A stretch of DNA of 20,000 nt from Lama guanicoe (taxonomy: Eukaryota). The stretch lies in contig MU053196.1 in NCBI GenBank assembly GCA_013239625.1, positions 308,970-328,969 of the forward strand, read 5' to 3'. Within the stretch, counting starts at the first letter, position 1, and the number at the start of each line of letters is the position of its first letter. Under the pieces are notes generated by a model, which saw nothing but the letters and a program-made list of their open reading frames with translations, was not told the DNA's origin and ran no database searches. Positions 12,081 through 20,000 of this stretch are shown here, in pieces. Made by a program: the position numbers and the translations under genes.

Positions 12081-12559
12081 AAGTATATCCCAGACAGAAA
12101 TATAAGGAAAAAGGAAATGACACCTTCTTTATTTAAACAAAACCCAGAATTTCTTTAGCTGGTTCATGAAGGACACTCACTCAGTGAAGATGCTAGACTT
12201 TTCTGCCCCAACTTCTCCCAAGATCCACTTTCTCCCCCGAAAGAGGCCAAAGGCCCTTCCCATTGAGTCTTTCAGAACTACTGAGAACACAAGATACAGT
12301 ATTTTTCAACTGTTTTTTTTTCTGCTTCCACATGAATTCACATATCCAAACTTCTTTTTTTAAACTGGGGTTATAACTCTTATCTTAGTACATGAGTGAG
12401 TCTTAAAGGAAAGGGACGACTGCAGTAAGATCTCAAGTATGTGTGAAGGAAGAAGATGACTGCTAATTAAAACAATTTATAGTTCTCAGGCATGACAATT
12501 TATAATAGCTATGTCTAATTTAAATGTGATATGGTTGAGTTACTAAAAACTATGCATCA

Positions 12560-12787
<228 letters not shown>

Positions 12788-12877
12788 TCAGTGATCACTG
12801 AGTCCAATCCCTCATTTTACAGACAATATACTCCACACAGTCTGGGGCATCAGAAAAGAGTCAAGCACTTGTAGGAC

Positions 12878-13765
12878 TATACAAAAATATCAACTCAAAA
12901 TGGATCAAAGACCTAACTATAGAACCGAGAAGGAAACTTAGGTATAAATCTTTGTGACCTTGGGTTAGACAATGGTTTCTTAAATATGACACCAAAAGCA
13001 CAAGCAGCAAAAGAAAAAGTAGATAAACTGGACTTCATCAAAATTAAAAGTATCTGTGCTCCAAAGGACACCATCAAAAAAGTGAAAAGGTGGGGGGAGG
13101 GTATAGCTCAGTGGTAGAGTGTGTGCTTAGCATGCACAAAGTCCTGGGTTCAATCCCCAGTACCTCCATTAAAAATAAATAAATTAATAAATAAATAAAC
13201 ACAATTAACTCCTCCCCTCCAAGAAAACCAAAAAAAGTGAAAAGACAACCCCCAAATGCAAGAAATATTTGAAAATCATATACATGATAAGGAACTGTAT
13301 CTAGAATATGTAAAGAATTCAATAATAAAAAGACAAATAGGATCTAAATAGACGTTTCTCCAATGAAGATATACAAATGGCCACTAAGTCACTGAGAAGA
13401 TGCTCAACATCATTAGCCACCAGGCAAACACAAGTCAAAATTACAATGAGATATCACTTTGCACCCACAAGATGGCTAGAATCAAGAAATCAGACAGTAA
13501 CAAGTATTTGCAAAAATATGATAGAGAAATGGTAGGCATGTAAAGTGGCGCCTTCACTTTGAAAAACATCTTGGTTGTTCCTCGAAATGTTAAGTATAGG
13601 ATTACCATATGCCCCATTAGTTCCACTCCTATGTAAATACCCAAGAGAAATGAAAACATATGCCCACACAAAAACTCATACACAAATGTGCATAACAGCA
13701 TTCATAACAGCCAAAAAAAAAATGGAAATGGCCCATAAGTCCACTAACTGACAGGTGGATTTAAA
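12878..13765 (+). mobile_element. Old L1 (L1M/L1MB-like) fragment covering the ORF2 3' region and 3' UTR, interrupted by the SINE
   Basis: L1 ORF2-type motifs: AACTCAAAATGGATCAAAGACCTAA, AAACTGGACTTCATCAAAATTAAAA, AGATGCTCAACATCATTAG, CCCAAGAGAAATGAAAACATATG; boundaries approximate. Confidence 0.85.
13090..13230 (+). mobile_element. tRNA-Ala(AGC)-derived SINE (camelid Vic-1-like) with a 14-bp TSD, inserted into an L1
   Basis: A box TAGCTCAGTGG at 13104-13114; B box GGTTCAATCCC at 13147-13157; anticodon arm GTGCTTAGCATGCAC; (AAAT)n tail; TSD AAAAAAGTGAAAAG at 13076-13089 and 13231-13244. Confidence 0.88.
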
Positions 13766-15282
13766 AACTCCCACTCCTTCCTCCCATCTCCACTACCATC
13801 ACTGGCCAGTTCAGGCCTTTATCCTTCCCTCTGATCTCACATGCCTTATATTTCCTCATTAATTTGGAAAAGAAAATTCTCCAAAGTTCCTTCCTAGTTT
13901 AGGAATATGTTCTCTTAAACATTTTTTCATATGTTCCATTTCTTAGAGAACATTTAAGTAAATCCCTACTGTGTATCCTTTGATGAAATAGTCCCATCAA
14001 ATCCATCTTACATATAAAGAAAAAGAGGATTAAGGAAGTAAAATAACTTGTCCAAAACAAACTAAATAATATAAAATTAGACACACACATTCACACAAAA
14101 TATGGAAAAATAAAAAAACTTTTATAAAAGATCATTTTAGTACCTAGTTTCTAAATTCACAATTTAAATAGTACAAAATATATTTTTCTATTTACAAATA
14201 CTTACAAAGTAATCATTAATATGGTCAGAATAAAGAAATGGTGTTAGCAGCTACCATTTACACAGTTCTTGCCACAGTCCAAATAAAGGACATTTAAGGC
14301 AGTAGGAGACTTAGAAACTGAACAAGAAACTAGAAACTAGACTGATGGTATGGTGTTAGTTGAATAGATTAATAAGTCTAGATTCAAATTCAATAATTTT
14401 ATATGCTAAATAACTCAGGATAGTTGAATCATATTTTTAAAAATATTTTATTACAATTGCCAAGATTTCTCTATTCAAAATGTATACCACTACAAACTCT
14501 AGAGGGAGCTAGAAGCCTTCCTCTGGGGAACAGCTGGTGGGAAGGCACTCCTGAGAATGGCAGCAGAGACCCTGGGGATGCCAGGCCCAAGCTTTGCTCA
14601 GCTTTCACTGACCCCATCTGCTCTAAATCATAAGATAACTGCTAAACCATTTTGACAAAATCCTTAGAACAGGATTTGTAATTTCTTAATTGTTACTTTC
14701 ATAGCTATTGGATAGAGGGAGTGGTAAATCCACAGTAACAATGTCTTCTGAAAACAAGAAGTCAGGGATTTTTTTAAGCTGTCCCTATTAACAGACTGAT
14801 TTCATTAGAAAAATCTGGAAAGGACAAACTCACTTTCACAAGCAGCTAAAGTGTTTTTTTATGCAAGAGAAGTATTTACAAGCAGTTTATTAATAAAAGT
14901 GCTTCCATGGCAAAATTCTTTCTATAATCCTCAGTTTATTACATACGAATCATTAGGTTAGATACCAATTCCTATAAAAGTTATATTTCCCATTTAAAGC
15001 AAATGATGACAATATGGTAGTTGTGAGAGTACTGTCAATTTTAGATAAAATAACCTTATCATTTACTGTATTAAGCGGGATTCTTCTGAGAGTGAAATGG
15101 GGGAGTTATTAATAATTCTACCACAACAGGCATACACTGGTACTGAGCCTGGCAAACCAGGAAGTACACTCATCCTTGCTTTAGAGAATACCATTCTAAT
15201 AATAATGCCATCGTTGCACTTTTAAATTCGTTTCACAAATAAAACTTGATTAAAGAGGGAATAAATATTAACATCTTCTTAC

Positions 15283-15343
15283 CAATATCAATGTATTTGG
15301 GATCCAGGGGTGTGCCAATAGAATTACAAAGAACTAGCACAAA
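15283..15343 (-). CDS. WDR35: WDR35 coding exon (~exon 12), 61 nt: FVLVLCNSIGTPLDPKYIDI(V)
   Basis: ttcacag|TTTGTGCTA ... GATATTG|gtaaga; peptide visible inside ORF 15233..15478. Confidence 0.95.
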
Positions 15344-15709
15344 CTGTGAACAAATAAAATAGAAAATATCAAACCTCTTGCTTACGCACTTTAAATAAAA
15401 GAAATAATGGTAACTGAACATGCTTGTCTCTTTTTCAAGTATCACTAATATGGAAGTAATTGATAAAATTAAGTGCAAAGAATAGCAAAGATAATCTACA
15501 GCATCAAAAATAAAGAAATATGAATTAAAATTAAACCAAGGCTGATTTCTCGACTTAATGGAACATCGGTTTTTAAGAGATCAGTTAAGAAACACAAGTA
15601 CACTGGCTACTTTTCACGATTTATACTTCTAAAATTCCTGATCAGCTACAACCTCAAAACTCATTTTTATCCTATATCCAGCTATATAAGAGCTAACTTA
15701 ATTTGTTAC

Positions 15710-15742
15710 CATTGCACCAAATGTTTCCATATCGTTCTCCTC
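15710..15742 (-). CDS. WDR35: WDR35 33-nt alternative cassette exon (~exon 11): EENDMETFGAM
   Basis: Minus strand ttgcttcaag|GAGGAGAACGATATGGAAACATTTGGTGCAATG|gtaaca; frame-preserving; matches the 11-aa insert (EENEMETFGAT) I recall in the long human isoform. Confidence 0.88.
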
Positions 15743-16199
15743 CTTGAAGCAATATATAAATGATAGAAATTCAAAAAAAAGTCAGTTAATTCAGAAAAAA
15801 CAAAATTAACCTAATGAAAATAACTTAAAATGCCCAGTGATTCACACACACACAAATAATTATCAATAATTAATATTAGGAAAAATAATCAAGCACAATA
15901 CACACTTTACATTCTAATAATAATTTCTTTTTTTTTTTGCCATTAGTGACCTTCTCTATATCCAGTACTAAGAACATTATTTTACATAGACATTTTCCTG
16001 ATTAGAATAATAACTTCAAATAAGCCAACTTTCAACGCATGTGGACTTTTTTTTTCTCAGTACCTCAAGTAAAACTTGTTTAATTTCATACATGTAAACT
16101 AAATAAGGATTATACTAAAATATAATTTATTCTTTCACTAACTAAAATAAGCTTATTTACTGTCACAAAATACAAATGGTTTACATATTTATCATTCAC

Positions 16200-17720
16200 A
16201 TGATCAAATAAGACTTCTTATTAAAAAAGAAGACCCCCATCCCCACAACTTCCCGTTTCTTGCTCCCTAGAGTAATTACGTCCAGCTTCTGTACTGGTCA
16301 TCCTTTTGATATTTACCTCCACAAATCCAAGTAACATGCTTACAGTGCTACTTGTGTTTCAGCCTGGCGCATTACGTAACCACTACCCACCAAGACAGCT
16401 ACGTGTGGAGCCCTCCTTCACCCCTTTCCCAGGCTCCCATCACACAGCAGTGCACACCCATCCCTCCATCGATCCACTAGAATTTTGTTAAATCAGGATT
16501 TCAGTTTTAAAATCTTCATTATACTTCAATTTTCAAAAATGTTTAATTAAAAAAAATCCAGTTGAGAACAGTGTTTTGACTATTTTGGCCCATAGCTGAG
16601 TCAGGTATAACATTTATTTTCCTTTCAAGCATATTTTGCTTTCCTTGTAGTGGATAATTGTCTTTTATTTTTCTGTGCTTAGTTTTCTTGGTATTTACTA
16701 CTAACTCAAGTCCACAGTTATCCCCCAGTTTGTACGTCTCCCCTCAAGAGTTAAACCACATTAAGTATTCTATTAATTTCATCTTGAATTTCTTCTGGAG
16801 CCACGTGGCCTGTTCTCATTTGACTGCCTCGGCATGTGCGTAACTGTCAGCAGGTACCATTCTTTACCACTGTTGTCAGGTGACCCTGATTGTTTCTCTT
16901 TTTGTTTATTCTTCATTTTGCTGAACCATATCCTGAAGTAGCTTCCTAAGATAAGGAAGCTTGGAAGGTATGTTTTTGATGATCCTGTATATCTAAAAAT
17001 GTCTGAATTCTACCCTCATATTTCATTAATAATTTGCTTAAGGTGTGGAATTCAAGGTGAGAAGTCATTTTCCCTCAGAATTTTGAAAGCAATTCTCCGA
17101 AGTATTGAGGTTGACAAGTCGAATGCCACTATGACACCTGATCCGGTGAAATCTGTCCTGGGAACCAAGTGGGAAAAGAAGCCTAGGGTAGCATTATTTA
17201 ACTGCCCTGTTCTCAGCAAGTTCCTTCACCCTTCCTGATGCATGGTGCTCTGCAGTGCAGACTCTCTGGGGGCAAACCAGTCTCCCCTGGAGGTAGAAGG
17301 GCAGCTCCCTGTGAGCTCAGTAGTGGGGAGGGGATCTAGAAATCTGCTTCTTTAGATGCCCCTCTTTTTTCCCCGAAGTTTTCTCCTGCCTGCATAATCT
17401 CTGGTACTTTCAAATTGCTTTTCTGTTTGTTTCTTTCTGCTGCCAGGTGCCATCAAGTCCTGTGTCTCTTTGGGATTCTGTGATAAAAACTAGCTGCTGC
17501 TTTGCTTTCTCCACTAATGGCTGAAGATCTCATTTTTCCTGAGTCTGCTAAGGCAATTGCCACTAATTCACCTACTCTCTAACCTCCGAAATTATGATGC
17601 CATTTCCTCTCCCTTTCTGGTCCCTAGGGGCGTATGGCTTTTTAAAAAATACTTTTCCTGTTGTTTTAATGAGTTTCAGAAGAGAAGAGAGCCAAATGTG
17701 GCTGTTCAAATGGCCACCTT
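16200..17720 (-). mobile_element. Highly degraded ancient L1 (L1M/L1ME-like) fragments
   Basis: T-rich plus strand with antisense L1-like segments such as GAATTCAAGGTGAGAAGTCATTTTCCCTCAGAATTTTGAAAGCAATTCTCC; boundaries uncertain. Confidence 0.4.
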
Positions 17721-18313
17721 AAACCAAAAATTCTATACTTTTTAATGTGATAAAATAATTTATAACACAGCTAAAGATAAATGAGTCCTTTTTTGAAAAA
17801 TTTGCATACCTCTGAAAATATTTACATTTATAGAACATTTTTAAAAGGGCATTATTTATATTATTTATTTTATGAGATATTGATTTTTAAAGTAATATAA
17901 CTCCACATAAAAGTACATTTCTGAATGTCAAAGCTACCCAAATTGTTATAAATGGTCACTGTTACATAATTTCTTGAGCATTTGTACTAGACATCTGGTT
18001 ATTCATTTCTGCTTATGGAATTTTAAACTGGAAAAGAACTGTGGTATTTTAAACATATTCCAGAGACAAAAAGCTTCAGTACTGGTGAGTATGAACTGCC
18101 AATGGATTAACTGATCGGAGAAAAAATCAGGGAACACAGAATCAATGGAGTCACATAGTTTTCCAAGCAGAGGTCTAGACAGACCTGGCCAAAAGACCCA
18201 ATATTTGCTATATCTGCCAGTATAGAGGCCATGCTTGAGAAGATGGATAACCATAGCCCAATTCTGCCAAGCAGTTAACCCACCTAAGTTTTAAGACATC
18301 AAGGAACACCTAC

Positions 18314-18499
18314 CTGACGATGATTTTCATCAGCTTTTGCAGCCAAAATGCAGAAATCCCCACAGGTAGTAATGGAAATGAGACTCTTGACATATTTAAC
18401 ATACGTCTCATTGTTTTTTGTATCCCAAAAGATAACACAGTACTCTGGATGATCAGGTCTGGTATACGCATAAACGACAGTGTTTGAGCAGTAACCCCA
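18314..18499 (-). CDS. WDR35: WDR35 coding exon (~exon 10), 186 nt: [62 protein letters not shown]
   Basis: Minus strand ttccacag|TGGGGTTAC ... CATCGTCAG|gtaggt; phase 0/0; translated by hand (not in the ORF track). Confidence 0.95.
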
Positions 18500-18503
18500 C
18501 TGT

Positions 18504-18571
18504 GGAAGGAGGGAAGGGAGGGAACAGAAGGAGGGAAGACAGGAGGGACGAGAGAGAAAGGGAGAAAGAAA
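18504..18571 (+). repeat. GA-rich low-complexity tract, forming a long polypyrimidine tract upstream of the ~exon 10 acceptor on the sense strand
   Basis: GGAAGGAGGGAAGGGAGGGAACAGAAGGAGGGAAGACAGGAGGGACGAGAGAGAAAGGGAGAAAGAAA. Confidence 0.8.
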
Positions 18572-19279
18572 TTACCATTGGGAAAGTCATATTATTACAT
18601 TTTCTTCTAGAAATATTGCAGATATGTGGTTTATCAGTGGTGACAAAATACATTCTTTAGAAATGGAAGCGATAAGGGCTGAATATTCAGCTTAAGACCT
18701 TTTCTCAATAAAATAACAAAAAAATCTAAGAGTAATAAAGACAGCTTAAAAATATGCTTCAAAATAAATTTAGTTTAACTTTCCTTATTTTAATTTGTGG
18801 TGAGAATTTCAGATTTCTCAGCCATCAACAACAGCTGCCTGGGGGCAACAGGAGTGACCCCTGCCGGAGTTCAATTCTGAGTCCCCAAGCCAAAATTCAG
18901 AGATAGGAGCTCTGCCTTTTTCCTCTCACCCAGGTTTTTCATATTTGTTTTTATCAGAGTAACATATGCACATAGTTTATAGTCAGATAATTCTACATGG
19001 CTTATTTAAAACAAAAACAAAATGCAGACCTCTCCACCACCCCCACCTAATTTCCTCCCAGGACAGCCATTCACAACTCTTTTAGCTGTAACTATTTGGT
19101 ATCGATTTCCATATCACATGCATATTGATTATAGAACTTACAGCTTTCCCTTTCCCAAAAAATTCATATGTAATTTTGAATAAATCAATATTCACTATCT
19201 ACATTATTAACACTGTGTTTACTATTCAAAGCTAAGTCACGTTTATTTTTTATACCATGATTACTTTTCAAAATAAACT

Positions 19280-20000
19280 TTTTACCTTAAAAATTTTTAG
19301 ATTTATATAAAAACTGCAAAAATAGTATAACAATCACTATGCTATACACCAGAAATTAAACTGACAACACTTCAATTAAAAAAATTGATAAAAAATAAAA
19401 ATAAACGGATTTGTACTAAAGTGAAAAATGTGACTAAAAATAAACCAATTAAGGTCATTTCAACTCAAAAAAATTTGCAAAAATAGTACAAAGTTCCCTA
19501 TACTCTTTACTTACTTTCCCCTACTGTTAACATCTTACATTACCGCAGTGCATCTGTCTCAACTGAGAAACCAACACTGGTACATTACTACTTACTGAAC
19601 TCCAAACTTAATTTAGATTTCATTTGTTTTTCCCTAATATCCTTTTTCTAATCCAGAATCCCAATTGGAATACACTATATTTAGTCATCATGTCTCCTGA
19701 GGCTCCTCTGGGCTGTAACGGTTTCTCAGTCTTCCCTGGTTTCTGATGACCTTGACAGTGTTGAGGAGTACTAGTCAGGTATTAATGTAGAATGTCCCTC
19801 AATTCAGGTTTGTCTGCTGCTTTTCTCAGGCTAAGAAGGAGATTATCGGTTTTTGGGGAGACCACCCCACAAGTGAAGAGCTCAGCCCATCATGTCACAG
19901 CAGGGGTATGTGAGCTCCACGTGACATCACCGATGACGCTGGCGTCACTCGCCTGGACAAGGTAGTGCTTGCCAGGTTTCTCCGCTGCAAGTCACTTTCT
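19280..20000 (-). mobile_element. Old L1 (L1MC-type) 3' region, antisense, running off the window end and interrupted by the 19328-19475 insert
   Basis: TTTAGTCATCATGTCTCC...GATGACCTTGACAGTGTTGAGGAGTACTAGTCAGGTATT...GTAGAATGTCCCTCAATT...GGTAGTG...CAGGTTTCTCC matches L1MC 3' UTR consensus as recalled. Confidence 0.75.
19328..19475 (+). mobile_element. Short L1 3' end plus extra sequence (probable 3' transduction) with a 13-bp TSD
   Basis: CACTATGCTATACACCAGAAATT...AACTGAC...CTTCAATTAAAAAA resembles an L1 terminus; TGCAAAAATAGTA repeated at 19315-19327 and 19476-19488. Confidence 0.7.

Noticed and set aside
13097..13168. Functional tRNA-Ala gene
   Set aside because: Imperfect acceptor stem, CpG-decay-type changes, an A-rich tail instead of a T-run terminator, and a TSD all indicate a SINE
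13074..13322. 82-aa ORF containing MEVLGIEPRTLCMLSTHSTTELYP
   Set aside because: Antisense translation of the tRNA-derived SINE and flanking L1

Overview
AT-rich mammalian genomic DNA lying entirely within WDR35 (IFT121, an IFT-A ciliary transport subunit) on the minus strand. I can read 11 consecutive coding exons, all bounded by AG/GT, which splice into one open frame of 1292 nt (1259 nt without a 33-nt cassette exon). From memory of the human gene these are about exons 10-20, covering the late WD40 region and the start of the TPR-like region. The introns carry old eutherian repeats (MIR, L2, L1M fragments, an ERVL-type LTR) and several insertions that retain target-site duplications. One of these is a tRNA-Ala-derived SINE resembling the camelid Vic-1 family, which suggests a camel, alpaca or llama genome. 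I see no wholly new gene system. The most interesting signals are: (1) the 33-nt cassette exon, which has an SRRM3/4-type UGC upstream and a UAG cluster downstream; (2) a probable L1 3'-transduction at 19315-19488; (3) clustered substitutions at WDR35 residues I recall as conserved. All comparisons to human protein and repeat consensi are from memory, not from a search.
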